From positions 1,568,001-1,632,000 of the forward strand of contig CAXXMV010000008.1 in the NCBI GenBank assembly GCA_963662285.2: a DNA stretch of 64,000 nt. The letters run 5' to 3'. Origin of the DNA: a bacterium. Lineage in GTDB: Bacteria; Hinthialibacterota; Hinthialibacteria; Hinthialibacterales; Hinthialibacteraceae. A program made the translations under genes and the position numbers. A model generated the notes under the pieces. That model ran no database searches. It was not told where the DNA came from and saw nothing but the letters and a program-made list of their open reading frames with translations. Positions 10,130 through 20,999 of the stretch are shown in pieces. How positions within the stretch are numbered: position 1 is the stretch's first letter; each line of letters starts with the position of its first letter.

Positions 10130-12199
10130 ATGAAGATTAAATCCATTCAGGTCAAAATCGCGTTTTGGGGTGGAATTTGCATTTTGAGTTCGATTGCTCT
10201 CGTAGCCATTTTTTCAATCATTACATTCCGGTCAGCTTCGATTACAGGAGCGCAGGAGCAAGCGACGGTTATCGCCAAAGTGGAAGCCTCCTCAATTCAG
10301 GCGGAAATTGAAAGCGCTCTAAATTCGGCGCGAACTCTGGCGACATCGTTAACCGTCCAAAAAATCAGTGAGCAGAATCCACTAACCCGTGAAACGGTTG
10401 ACGGAATGCTGCGTCTGGTAGCCGAGCAAAATCCCAGTTTTCTGGGAGTCTACACCCTGTGGGAACCCAATGCATTCGATGGAAAAGATAGCGAGTTCAT
10501 AGATAAACCCGGCCATGATAGTACCGGACGTTATATTCCCTACTGGTGCCGTGACGAAAAAGGAAACATTGGCGTCGATCCACTGGCCGACTACGAAGTA
10601 TCCGGTGCGGGAGACTATTATCAAATTCCCAAGAAATCGAAAAAAGCAGCTTTGCTTAATCCCTATCTGTATAATGTTCAAGGCAAAGACACTCTGCTGA
10701 CATCTCTGGTTGTTCCGATAATTCATGAGGGAGTTTTTTACGGCATCGCCGGAGTGGATATTGGATTAACTTTTCTACAATCACGCGCTGATCAATTGGA
10801 TATCTATAACAAAACCGGAAGATTGACGTTGATCGCCAATGACGGGACGCTGGCCGGCATCACCGGAAAACCGGAACTGGTCGGTAAAACCATGAAAGAT
10901 GTTGGCGATGGATTTGAGCAGAATCTCTCCAAAGTGCAACAAGGCGAAACAAGCGTTGAATTTGTAAATGGAAACCTGGAAGTTTTCATGCCTTTGAGAG
11001 TAGGCAAAACAACAACCCCCTGGTCGGTTGTGGTTCATATCCCAGAGGATATTATTACCGCCCAAGCCACAGCCATGATGTGGAAACAATTGGGTTTATG
11101 CATTGTCTTTCTTGGCGGTTCCTTGATTTTATTGTGGTTTATCGCGAAAAACATTGCAACACCAATAAAGAAAGCCGCACATTTTGCCCAGGTTGTCGCC
11201 AATGGAGATTTGACTCAACAGATTCACATTGATCAAGAAGACGAAGTGGGTCAGTTAGCAAAAGCATTGAATACGATGAGCCAGAATTTGAGCCATATCA
11301 TGTCGGGTATTCAATTGGCGGCCGAACAAGTCGCCGCCAGTTCAGAACAACTATCGGCTTCGTCGCAAAGTCTGTCGCAAGCGGCCACTGAACAAGCCAG
11401 CAACCTGGAAGAGACCTCAGCTTCCATTGAGGAACTGACCGCCTCGGTCGAACAGAATGCCAGCAATGCCGCTCAAGCAGATGGCGTGACGCGAACAGCA
11501 GCCAAAGAGGCCAATGAAGGTGGAAATGCTGTAACTGAAACAGTCGAAGCGATGAAGCAAATCGCTACTCAAATTTCAATCATCGACGATATCTCCGATC
11601 AAACCAACCTACTGGCATTAAACGCTGCCATTGAAGCGGCGCGCGCTGGTGAAATGGGTAAAGGCTTTGCCGTAGTGGCCGTTGAAGTTCGTAAATTAGC
11701 GGAACGAAGCCAGGAAGCTTCCAAAGAGATCAGTGAACTGGCTAAAAATAGCGTGATTCAGGCCGAAAACGCTGGTAAATTGATTCAAAAAGTTGTTCCT
11801 GCCATTCAAAACGCATCGGAATTGGTTCAGGAAATCTCATCCAGTTCCACCGAACAGTCGCATGGCGCCGAACAAATCCGTGCAGCTATTACCCAACTTG
11901 ATCAGGTTACCCAGCAAAACTCCGCCACCAGTGAAGAATCCGCTTCAGCCAGTGAAGAACTATCTGCTCAAGCGCAATCCCTGCAGGAAATGGTTAGCCA
12001 GTTCAAAATTAACTCATCAAATTCATCAAAACCTTCTATTAGAGGAATCAGAAAACCTACGCCAAAACCACGGGTTGCCCTACAACAACCACAACGGTCA
12101 CAACAATGGGAAAACCGCTTGCTGCCTGGTTATCAGTCGCAAAGAAATGATATTCATGCAGAATTCGATGATGATCATGAAAAATTTCGAGATTTCTAA
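10130..12199 (+). CDS. Methyl-accepting chemotaxis protein (dCache-HAMP-MA)
   Basis: Two TM segments, WEPNAFDG dCache region, [37 protein letters not shown]. Confidence 0.95.
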   Translation: MKIKSIQVKIAFWGGICILSSIALVAIFSIITFRSASITGAQEQATVIAKVEASSIQAEIESALNSARTLATSLTVQKISEQNPLTRETVDGMLRLVAEQNPSFLGVYTLWEPNAFDGKDSEFIDKPGHDSTGRYIPYWCRDEKGNIGVDPLADYEVSGAGDYYQIPKKSKKAALLNPYLYNVQGKDTLLTSLVVPIIHEGVFYGIAGVDIGLTFLQSRADQLDIYNKTGRLTLIANDGTLAGITGKPELVGKTMKDVGDGFEQNLSKVQQGETSVEFVNGNLEVFMPLRVGKTTTPWSVVVHIPEDIITAQATAMMWKQLGLCIVFLGGSLILLWFIAKNIATPIKKAAHFAQVVANGDLTQQIHIDQEDEVGQLAKALNTMSQNLSHIMSGIQLAAEQVAASSEQLSASSQSLSQAATEQASNLEETSASIEELTASVEQNASNAAQADGVTRTAAKEANEGGNAVTETVEAMKQIATQISIIDDISDQTNLLALNAAIEAARAGEMGKGFAVVAVEVRKLAERSQEASKEISELAKNSVIQAENAGKLIQKVVPAIQNASELVQEISSSSTEQSHGAEQIRAAITQLDQVTQQNSATSEESASASEELSAQAQSLQEMVSQFKINSSNSSKPSIRGIRKPTPKPRVALQQPQRSQQWENRLLPGYQSQRNDIHAEFDDDHEKFRDF

Positions 12200-12236
12200 A
12201 GCGATTCACAATAAAATCTCTGCTTAGAATCATATC

Positions 12237-12282
12237 TAGCCTTCAAAAAGCCTATCTATACAGGCTTTTGAAGGCTATTTTT
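12237..12282 (+). terminator. Intrinsic terminator
   Basis: tagccttcaaaaagcct...aggcttttgaaggcta followed by a T run. Confidence 0.7.
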
Positions 12283-12376
12283 GTAAGATAATCTTTCTCA
12301 TACAAGTTCATGCATATTGAAAGCGCTATAATGAGGAATAAACTGATAGACAAGTATACCTAAGGAGCCTAGCGCA

Positions 12377-13366
12377 ATGAATTCAACAGACAATATCCTC
12401 ATCATCGGAGGAGCAGGTTACATCGGCAGCGTCGCGGTTGAGACACTTATTAATAGTGGATACCAGGTCATAGTATTTGATAATCTAGAAAAAGGTCACC
12501 GCGATGCGGTGCACCCATCAGCCCGGTTTATTGAAGGCGACCTGCGGGATGCAGCGGTGGTTGAATCAGTTTTTAGTTCTAACCAAATTCAAGCGGTAAT
12601 GCATTTCGGCGCCTACAGTCTAGTGGGCGAATCGATGATTGATCCGGACAAATATTTTTCAAATAACGTGGTTGGCGGCCATATTCTACTGAATGCAATG
12701 CGCGATCATGAAGTGGGACGTATTGTATTCTCCTCTACCGCCGCCACTTATGGCCAACCCAAAGAGTCTCCCATTAAAGAAGAGAGCCGCACCGAACCGA
12801 TCAATCCTTATGGACGCTCTAAACTGGCTTTTGAATTTATGCTTAAGAGTTATGAAGAAGCCTATGGCATCAAACACGCCGTGCTGCGTTATTTCAACGC
12901 CGCCGGGGCCAGTGAAGCGTTTGGCGAAGATCATGATCCCGAAACCCATATCATCCCTCTGACTCTGCAAGTGGCTTTAGGCCAAAGAGAGCATATCGGC
13001 ATCTTCGGGACGGATTTTGACACCCCCGACGGTTCCTGCGTACGCGACTATATTCATATCCGCGACCTGGCCGAAGCTCACCGCCTGGCTTTGGAATATA
13101 TCAGAGATCAATCCATAACCTGCAATCTGGGCAACGGGCTGGGCTTCTCGGTTCGTGAAGTTATAGAAACCTGCCGCGAAGTCTCCGGCCATCCCATTCC
13201 CGCCGTAGAGACGGATAGACGACCCGGCGATCCGGCGCATTTGACCGCATCAGCGGATAGAGCGCGAAAGAATCTTAAATGGGAACCTCAGATTCCTGAA
13301 TTGAAAGATATCGTTGAATCAGCATGGCAGTGGCATAAAAAGCATCCTAATGGATATAAAGCTTAA
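12377..13366 (+). CDS. galE: UDP-glucose 4-epimerase
   Basis: GGAGYIGS, FSSTAA, YGRSK, LRYFNAAGA, RDYIHI motifs. Confidence 0.95.
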   Translation: MNSTDNILIIGGAGYIGSVAVETLINSGYQVIVFDNLEKGHRDAVHPSARFIEGDLRDAAVVESVFSSNQIQAVMHFGAYSLVGESMIDPDKYFSNNVVGGHILLNAMRDHEVGRIVFSSTAATYGQPKESPIKEESRTEPINPYGRSKLAFEFMLKSYEEAYGIKHAVLRYFNAAGASEAFGEDHDPETHIIPLTLQVALGQREHIGIFGTDFDTPDGSCVRDYIHIRDLAEAHRLALEYIRDQSITCNLGNGLGFSVREVIETCREVSGHPIPAVETDRRPGDPAHLTASADRARKNLKWEPQIPELKDIVESAWQWHKKHPNGYKA

Positions 13367-13412
13367 GTAAAACTATTCCTTAAAAGAATACACGCAATCA
13401 AAAGTGATATCA

Positions 13413-13451
13413 TCAAGGGCTGACCGCATTGCGGTCTTGCCCTTGGCACCC
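13413..13451. repeat. Family B REP variant (solo)
   Basis: TCAAGGGCTGACCGCATTGCGGTCTTGCCCTTGGCACCC. Confidence 0.7.
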
Positions 13452-13490
13452 ATATCCTGATGGATATAAGGCGTAAGGCGAACTGACATA

Positions 13491-14543
13491 ATGACCAACT
13501 TTCAATCCAGTGAGCATCCACACCGTAGATGGAATCCATTATTAGAAGAATGGGTATTGGTTTCACCTCATCGCGCCAAGCGCCCCTGGTCGGGCAAAGT
13601 TGAAGCAGTCCAGTCTCAAAACTTGCCGGAATTTGATGAAGAGTGCTATCTTTGTCCGGGCAACACCCGTGCAGGCGGTAAACAGAATCCTGATTACCAA
13701 TCGACCTTTGTGTTTGATAATGATTTCGCCGCTCTGCTGCCCGATTCTCCAGCGGCGCCGGAAATAACCAATTGCAACGGGATTATCCGCCAACAACCGG
13801 AAACCGGATTATGCCGGGTGATTTGCTTTTCTCCCAAACATAACCTGACTATGGCGCAGATGAGTCTGGCCGAAATTATCGGAGTGATTGATGTCTGGAG
13901 CAAACAGTTCACCGAAATTGGCGCTCGTGAAGATATCTCAAGCGTGACCATTTTTGAGAATCGCGGCGATATTATGGGGTGCAGCAATCCTCATCCCCAC
14001 GGCCAAATCTGGGCCAACCGATCGATACCCAATATTCAGTTACAAGAATTAAATACCCAGCAATCATATTTTATGCAACATAATTCACCCATGTTAATAG
14101 ATTATGTGGAATGGGAAATTGAGCAAAAGGTTCGCATTGTTATTGAGAACGATCATTTTGTCGCCCTGGTTCCACACTGGGCGGTGTGGCCCTTCGAGAC
14201 CATGATTTTACCGCGCCGCGCCATGCAGTCGATTACTGAATTAACCAATGAGGAAAAGAACTCATGGGCTGATATCATAAAACAATTATTGATCCGTTAC
14301 GATAACTTATTCGAGATATCGTTTCCCTATTCGATGGGAATGCACCAGAAACCGACTGATGGACAGGATCATCCAGGGCTGGTTTTTCATCAACACTTTT
14401 TCCCTCCCCTATTGCGCTCGGCGACCATCAAGAAATTCCAGGTGGGCTACGAAATGTCCGGCGAGCCGCAACGCGACATCACAGCCGAACAGGCAGCGGA
14501 ACGGCTGCGAGAATTACCTTCAGTGCATTACAAAAATCGATAG
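13491..14543 (+). CDS. galT: Galactose-1-phosphate uridylyltransferase
   Basis: HRRWNPL, CYLCPGN, GCSNPHPHGQIW motifs. Confidence 0.95.
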   Translation: MTNFQSSEHPHRRWNPLLEEWVLVSPHRAKRPWSGKVEAVQSQNLPEFDEECYLCPGNTRAGGKQNPDYQSTFVFDNDFAALLPDSPAAPEITNCNGIIRQQPETGLCRVICFSPKHNLTMAQMSLAEIIGVIDVWSKQFTEIGAREDISSVTIFENRGDIMGCSNPHPHGQIWANRSIPNIQLQELNTQQSYFMQHNSPMLIDYVEWEIEQKVRIVIENDHFVALVPHWAVWPFETMILPRRAMQSITELTNEEKNSWADIIKQLLIRYDNLFEISFPYSMGMHQKPTDGQDHPGLVFHQHFFPPLLRSATIKKFQVGYEMSGEPQRDITAEQAAERLRELPSVHYKNR

Positions 14544-14594
14544 ATGAGGATGTCCAACTTCGAGTCGATGCGTCCGGCAAAGTTTACGAAAATA

Positions 14595-14628
14595 AAGAGG
14601 GTGCAGCAAGATTATACTGCACCCTCTT
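14595..14628. terminator. Terminator between galT and glnK
   Basis: aagagggtgcag...ctgcaccctctt inverted repeat. Confidence 0.7.
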
Positions 14629-14659
14629 AGTACGAAAGCATCCATTACTGGAGAATGGT

Positions 14660-15028
<369 letters not shown>

Positions 15029-15073
15029 CTATCGCCATATTTACTGACTGACAGAGGTTAAGTCGCTCAATGC

Positions 15074-16462
15074 TTATCGAGCCATGACGGTGAAGTCGGA
15101 GTAAGCCGACGCGGCGTGTTCGCCAAAGTCCAAGCCTTCCATCTCTTCCTGTTCGGTGACTCTTAAACCAATTGTTTTGTCGATTACTTTGAAGAGTATG
15201 TAGCATGTACCGAATGTCCAGACGAAGCATGCGCCGATTCCGATCAACTGAGCGAATACTTGAGTTAGTCCACCGCCAAAGAATAGACCGTTGACGCCGC
15301 CGAATGATTCTTGCGCGAACAGTCCGGCCGCCAATGTTCCCCAGGCGCCGCAGACGCCATGTACTGAAACCGCGCCCACTGGATCGTCTACGCCTATGTT
15401 TTCCCAGGCGATGACGGAGATAACAACGATGATGCCGGCGAGAAATCCAATGATGATTGATGAAATAGGACTAACGTTTGCGCAACCAGCCGTGATAGCA
15501 ACCAATCCGGCCAAAGCGCCGTTTAGCGTCATGCCTGCGTCAGGCTTCCCGAATTTGATCCAGGCGGTAAGTAATGCGCCGATCGCGCCTGCTGCTGCTG
15601 CCAGGTTTGTAGTGACTGCAATAATCGCCAGGTCGCCGCCAACAGTTGTTGTACTGCCCGGATTAAATCCAAACCAACCCAACCAAAGGATGAAAACGCC
15701 CAATGCTGCGATGGGGATGTTGTGTCCGGGAATAACTTGCGGCTTACCGCTGGATGAATACTTACCAAGACGTGGACCAAGAACAATGGCGCCAGCCAAA
15801 CCAGCCCAGCCGCCAACTGAGTGAACTACTGTCGAACCGGCGAAATCGATGAATCCAACATCCAGCACGCCTTCCAACCAACCTTCGCCAGCGAACAGGC
15901 TGCCCCATGCCCAGGAACCGAATATGGGATAGATCAATGCTGAAATCACCACTGAGTAGACCAGATAGGCGTGGAATTTTGTTCTTTCCGCAACCGCGCC
16001 GGATACGATGGTCGCCGCTGTAGCGGCGAACACAACCTGGAATATCCAAAAGGCGTAGGTCCAATAGTTATGTGAACCGTCTGCATTGAACATATATCCT
16101 GACAGGAAGAAACCATCAGTCCCGAACCACCCGGTAGTAGTGGTTCCAAACATGATGCCAAATCCAACCATAAAGAAGATTATTGATCCTATGCAGACAT
16201 CAAGAAGATTCTTCATGATAATATTTACTGCATTCTTGGCTCGTGTAAAACCGCATTCCACCATGGCGAAACCAGCCTGCATGAAGAAGACCAGAAATGC
16301 CGCAATACAAGTCCAGAGAATATTACCGTCATCCTGCGTGACGTATGTTGGGCCTTCCTGGGCGTCTTGAGCGAACGCCGTTACATCTAATCCGGCTGCT
16401 AAAATTAATACTGCTAATATCAGAATACTTATGCCCTTGCGGCTTTTAATAAAGGAATACAT
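15074..16462 (-). CDS. amtB: Ammonium transporter
   Basis: FMQAGFAM, IVSGAVAER, DFAGSTVVH, WFGFNPGS, DDPVGAVSVHG motifs. Confidence 0.97.
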   Translation of the reverse strand: MYSFIKSRKGISILILAVLILAAGLDVTAFAQDAQEGPTYVTQDDGNILWTCIAAFLVFFMQAGFAMVECGFTRAKNAVNIIMKNLLDVCIGSIIFFMVGFGIMFGTTTTGWFGTDGFFLSGYMFNADGSHNYWTYAFWIFQVVFAATAATIVSGAVAERTKFHAYLVYSVVISALIYPIFGSWAWGSLFAGEGWLEGVLDVGFIDFAGSTVVHSVGGWAGLAGAIVLGPRLGKYSSSGKPQVIPGHNIPIAALGVFILWLGWFGFNPGSTTTVGGDLAIIAVTTNLAAAAGAIGALLTAWIKFGKPDAGMTLNGALAGLVAITAGCANVSPISSIIIGFLAGIIVVISVIAWENIGVDDPVGAVSVHGVCGAWGTLAAGLFAQESFGGVNGLFFGGGLTQVFAQLIGIGACFVWTFGTCYILFKVIDKTIGLRVTEQEEMEGLDFGEHAASAYSDFTVMAR

Positions 16463-16606
16463 AGGTGAAACTCCTTTCGCAACTTCGGCGGAAAAATCGG
16501 TTACGGTTACTTATGCGATTGCTGGATCAAACAAGAGTGCTCTTCTAACTCCCGGGAAAGCTTAGTAGAGAGCCTTGAATTGATTTCTAACTTTGTTTTC
16601 TTTAAG

Positions 16607-16623
16607 TGCAATCGCTATGCCAA
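16607..16623 (-). promoter_or_regulatory. sigma54 promoter of amtB-glnK
   Basis: TTGGCATAGCGATTGCA on the minus strand, near-consensus. Confidence 0.8.
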
Positions 16624-16821
16624 AAGGGATTGCACGCACAAAAACAATGCGTAACTGCAAGGAGTTTAATAGTTTGCGAATATTGATAGGTACTGGAATT
16701 ATGCAGTGTTTGAAAAATGAACTTTGTTGACTGTCTGAATAATCAGTCAAACTGTTCAGATCGAGGCAGGAAATATTGCTGTACAATTTTCGATATAAGC
16801 TATGTTGGAATTTAACAATTA

Positions 16822-17055
16822 CTACTCCCGATCACCAGTTTCATCATTGATATATTGGAATACCTCTTCAATGGAAACATTGAATATCCTGGAGATTTTG
16901 AAAGCCAGCGTAAGCGACGGCGAATAACGATCCGCTTCGATGGCGATGATGGTTTGCCGCGTAACTCCCGCCCTCTCAGCCAGCTGCTGCTGAGTCATCT
17001 CACCATTCTCAAAACGCAGCCGCCTGACCTGGTTCTGCAAGTTGTTACGCGACAT
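16822..17055 (-). CDS. XRE-family HTH regulator
   Basis: MTQQQLAERAGVTRQTIIAIEADRYSPSLTLAFKIS. Confidence 0.9.
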   Translation of the reverse strand: MSRNNLQNQVRRLRFENGEMTQQQLAERAGVTRQTIIAIEADRYSPSLTLAFKISRIFNVSIEEVFQYINDETGDRE

Positions 17056-17545
17056 GTGCTCCACCCATTCTCTCTTGAATCAAACAACTGATAACATGAA
17101 CCAACTGAAATAACACCACCCACCCGACGAATATCAACGGTATAACATTGACTGAAACCGAACCGTTCGACCCCACCATTCTCCATGCCACAAACCAAGC
17201 CGCCAGAAAATAAAACCAGCATACGCTGTGAGCCATAAAAATGGCGTTCTTGAATATAACCAGATCACGTTCATCCATCTGCACTGGCACATTCTTAAAT
17301 CTCTTCTTAAAAACAATAGGCGCAAACCACTGAAAAAAAGGAATCGACCACATAATACTGGTAGCGGCCAGCCATACCACAATCGAAAACAAAGTCTTCT
17401 CACACAATCCATCCCAATAAACCGCCGAAGCCACAACCGAACCTAAAACCAGTGCGCTGAGAATAACAATCATAGCTCCAATATAACTCTCATATTCCTT
17501 CTTCATGATTGATGCCTCCAATACTGAATTTACTATCATTTCCAA
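17045..17545 (-). CDS. Membrane protein, DUF2178-like (MDERD motif)
   Basis: Four hydrophobic segments; overlaps the XRE gene, a common pairing; start uncertain. Confidence 0.6.
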   Translation of the reverse strand: MEMIVNSVLEASIMKKEYESYIGAMIVILSALVLGSVVASAVYWDGLCEKTLFSIVVWLAATSIMWSIPFFQWFAPIVFKKRFKNVPVQMDERDLVIFKNAIFMAHSVCWFYFLAAWFVAWRMVGSNGSVSVNVIPLIFVGWVVLFQLVHVISCLIQERMGGAHVA

Positions 17546-17560
17546 TTCAAAATATATAGT

Positions 17561-17597
17561 AATGTATATTTTACATAATGTCTAGTATTTTTTACAT
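17561..17597. promoter_or_regulatory. Probable XRE operator (tandem TGTA..TACA-type palindromes)
   Basis: aatgtatattttacat-aatgtctagtatttttacatt just upstream of the operon. Confidence 0.45.
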
Positions 17598-17836
17598 TTT
17601 ATTTTGGGGGAATTGTATGAGGGATTTGGTGGTAGATTTGAAAAAAATCATGAATTTGAATGTAATTATGAGTAGGGATTAGTTTGATTGGATAAACAAA
17701 TGATAAATTCATATTTTCTGGATTTTTATTATTACTTTGCTTTTTATGTCGGATTGACGCTAAGTAAATCGCTCCACACTTCATCGAAAAGAAACTGGAT
17801 CAAGACGGATTTTTCATTTATCGGTATTGCTGCAAT

Positions 17837-18466
17837 TTATTCATAACTAATTTTACACATCTTTTGAATATCATCTTTAATATTATCCATGTACATAAAA
17901 GGTAAAGAATAATATCCCAATATTCGCTTCTTACTTGAAGATGTCTTCCGTTTAAACATATGCTCATCAAACAAAAACTTATCTGTATAAGGCTCGCATA
18001 CAGATAAGTCTAATATTTCAGCACTTCTTTTCATTTTTTGATCATAAGAATGCAACTCATGAGCCCCAATATCCAAAGCAGTAGCTATATGAATTGCGTC
18101 GGCAGGTTTTAGTGTTGGGATTTCTTTGTTTTTTAATGTTTTTCTTAATACATCTCTTGCTTTAATGGTAATAAATTGGTGAACATCAACTAACTTTATC
18201 GGGCTTGATAACGGATTCCAGAGACTATTGATTTTATCTAAACTTTCATCGGTTAATTTTACTTTGTCGACACTCAAGTATGCGACCTCGGTCATACTAA
18301 AGACTGAAGTATAAATCTCTATGCGTCCGTTTTCTGCCTCCTCTAATAATGTGGCAATTATTGGTGCTCTTTCAGAATAACATTCTTCTTCATCATCAAG
18401 TAAAGAGACAAATACATTTGAATCCCAATAAAATCGAGGAATATTATTATTGCTTTTTTTAGGCAT
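17837..18466 (-). CDS. PIN-domain (VapC-like) ribonuclease
   Basis: YWDSNVFV, E, ADAIHIATA, HSYD acidic motifs; AT-rich. Confidence 0.85.
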   Translation of the reverse strand: MPKKSNNNIPRFYWDSNVFVSLLDDEEECYSERAPIIATLLEEAENGRIEIYTSVFSMTEVAYLSVDKVKLTDESLDKINSLWNPLSSPIKLVDVHQFITIKARDVLRKTLKNKEIPTLKPADAIHIATALDIGAHELHSYDQKMKRSAEILDLSVCEPYTDKFLFDEHMFKRKTSSSKKRILGYYSLPFMYMDNIKDDIQKMCKISYE

Positions 18467-19229
18467 CTCTTATTTTTCTAATGGCCCCCTCTGGAGATTT
18501 TCCTTCCAACAAGCCAGAAGCACATCCAATAGCATCCCTCCAATTACCGGCATCTTTAATTATTTCAATTTTTTTCACGTCTTTAATACTTGTAGGCAAT
18601 CCACTTTCAGAGTCTCTTGTAACAAGTCCCTGCACAATAGCAATCTCTCCCCAAGAATCTCTCATTACATCCTTAAAAGAAGAATTCAAAAAACAATTAA
18701 CTACGTTGTTTCTCAACAATTCAAGCATGGTAATTTTATAATTTGGGTATCTGAATATATTTTGCACACGGCCTTGTATTGCACCAAAAGATTCCAGAGG
18801 GATAACTTTATTTTGTTGAGATTTGAGTATATCAAAATAATTCTTATCCAAAGAATGGGTTGTTTTTTCTGTACTAAAATTGATAGATTTAATACTCCCA
18901 TTAATCAAACCGGTGATACCAACGACAGGTTTTCGCAGGTCTTCCTCAATATCGTTTATTTTCCCAGTCTGCGCATTTTCCCCTATTTTTTCAAATTCAT
19001 TTACAATCTGATTTATGATAAAAATATCATCTTCTGTAGAAGGTTCACCCTCAATTGTCGCAAGTGCACTACCGGCTTTTAATTCTCTTATAATCCAATT
19101 GATAGGAGTGGCGCTTACGTATTTTTTATTCAGAGAGTGAATTAATTTTTTAAATTCCTGCATTGCTATAGAGAAATCATCAAGGCTGACCTCTCCATTC
19201 AATTCTATGGTTAATTTATTATTACTCAT
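18459..19229 (-). CDS. Hypothetical partner of the PIN toxin (possible C-terminal OB fold)
   Basis: Overlaps the PIN start; GSA motif, GAIQGRV..IVQGLVTRD; likely start MSNNK at 19229. Confidence 0.6.
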   Translation of the reverse strand: MSNNKLTIELNGEVSLDDFSIAMQEFKKLIHSLNKKYVSATPINWIIRELKAGSALATIEGEPSTEDDIFIINQIVNEFEKIGENAQTGKINDIEEDLRKPVVGITGLINGSIKSINFSTEKTTHSLDKNYFDILKSQQNKVIPLESFGAIQGRVQNIFRYPNYKITMLELLRNNVVNCFLNSSFKDVMRDSWGEIAIVQGLVTRDSESGLPTSIKDVKKIEIIKDAGNWRDAIGCASGLLEGKSPEGAIRKIRDA

Positions 19230-19752
19230 TTTTCCTATTTCGTGTGGCATTTCTTTACTCTTTTGCCTTCTAAACACTTAATGGCAAATTAGGTTCGTTT
19301 AAAATCTTCTACTTTGCAAGTAATGTATTTTAAAAGTAAAAAATGCATAATATATTTACATATATCCTGTAGAAACACGCAGAAATATATCGTTAAAATC
19401 AAGTTTCTCAAATCCAACAGTGTTCATCTGCGAATCGCACCTGATATGATCTTTTCTACCATGATTTACAACATCATGTCTAGAGAATTCCCATACAATT
19501 TCCAAATAAACACTAAATTAATCTATTATAATTATAGCGTTTTTCCTAACTCAATTCCACATTATCTACTCAAGATTCTTCCATACTACGTTTAACACAG
19601 ATGTATATAATGAACAGATTTGTCAAGTATTTAATTATTTTTTAAAAAATTCACTCACAGAAATAGTTCAACTTTGCTCTATGCTTCTATGCTATATATA
19701 CATATTATTGTTAGTATATAATAATTCAAAATAATGATGTGGGGAGATTAAA

Positions 19753-20910
19753 ATGAGAATCAGGGGTTTATTTAGAACGTTGGTTGTTTTTTCAATATGC
19801 TTATTCGCATTCAGCGCTTGGGCGCAACATGAAGCATCGCGCTTTGCGTCTTTTCATGCCGACTGGCCGGAGACGCTGGAACTTGATATTAATATCATCG
19901 TATCGGGTGAAGCGGGCGCCTTTACCGTGTCTGAGACTCCTCCAGTTGGATGGGAGGTCAGTAGGATTCTTTCCAGCGGTGATTATGTGGATGGCGTTAT
20001 CAGCTGGGAATCTTCTATTCGCAGAGCGGGTTTGAATAAAACACTGACATACACATTAACTCTACCCAGTCTTGATGCAGCAGTAGGCGTCTTTGAGGGA
20101 TATGTCAACGATGTGAAAATCGGCGGCTTTCAAATCTTTACGCCGGGCAAAGTGAATCCCGACATTCAAACGCCGATTAAATCAGGTTTGAATTATAACT
20201 ATTTGGTCTACTTGCCCCCATCCTATGAAATACAGGATGAGCCTATGCCGCTGATGTTCTTTCTACATGGCGCCGGGGAACGCGGATCGAATATGGAGTT
20301 AGTGAAAGTTCATGGTCCTCCCAAAATAGTGGAAAATCCATCAATGAAAAAATCACTTTTCGGCGACGCCGAGTTTCCCTTTATCCTGGTTTCTCCTCAA
20401 TGTCCAGCAGGAGGATGGTGGGAGAACGAACCTCTGCTTAAAGTGGTTAATGAAGTTCTGGAAAACTATGCCGTAGACCTATCAAAAATTTATATCACTG
20501 GCGTAAGCATGGGTGGATTCGGCAGTTGGAGTTTTGCCAGCGAACATCCTGAACTGATTGCAGCGGCGCTTCCAATTGCTGGAGGTGGAGATGTATTTAA
20601 TTGGTCAATTAAATCATACGCATCAAATGTGGATAATCTCAAAGCCGCCGACGCCAATAATCTGGTTGATATTCCGGTCTGGGCTTTTCATGGCGATAGC
20701 GACACAGTCGTTCCGATTGAACTTGATCAGGAAATTGTCGATCAAATTACAGAATTGGGCGGCGACGTTCAGTTTAAAGTCTATCCCGGAGCGGGTCATG
20801 TTGACTCATGGACGCAAACTTATAATAATCCTGACATCTATCCCTGGTTATTATCAAAGCAAAAAGGATCGACCGATTCTTATATAAATAATTGGTCAAT
20901 GTTTAAGTAA
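19753..20910 (+). CDS. Secreted alpha/beta-hydrolase (carboxylesterase/peptidase-like) with a C-terminal NWSMFK tail
   Basis: FLHGAGERG, GVSMGG, FHGDSD, GH catalytic motifs; signal peptide. Confidence 0.85.
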   Translation: MRIRGLFRTLVVFSICLFAFSAWAQHEASRFASFHADWPETLELDINIIVSGEAGAFTVSETPPVGWEVSRILSSGDYVDGVISWESSIRRAGLNKTLTYTLTLPSLDAAVGVFEGYVNDVKIGGFQIFTPGKVNPDIQTPIKSGLNYNYLVYLPPSYEIQDEPMPLMFFLHGAGERGSNMELVKVHGPPKIVENPSMKKSLFGDAEFPFILVSPQCPAGGWWENEPLLKVVNEVLENYAVDLSKIYITGVSMGGFGSWSFASEHPELIAAALPIAGGGDVFNWSIKSYASNVDNLKAADANNLVDIPVWAFHGDSDTVVPIELDQEIVDQITELGGDVQFKVYPGAGHVDSWTQTYNNPDIYPWLLSKQKGSTDSYINNWSMFK

Positions 20911-20999
20911 ACGGGCTTTATGCAAGTACATTACGCGGTGGGCTTGATTAGAAATTCAGCCCACCGTTTTATTTCTAATTCTATCGGAGGAACATCAAG

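Noticed and set aside
16463-16600. Hairpin in the amtB leader as a riboswitch or ANTAR element
   Set aside because: Only one imperfect stem and no recognisable conserved motif; needs an Infernal/Rfam search.
19314-19595. 93-aa ORF in an AT-rich spacer
   Set aside because: TTG start, no RBS and no motifs; likely spurious.
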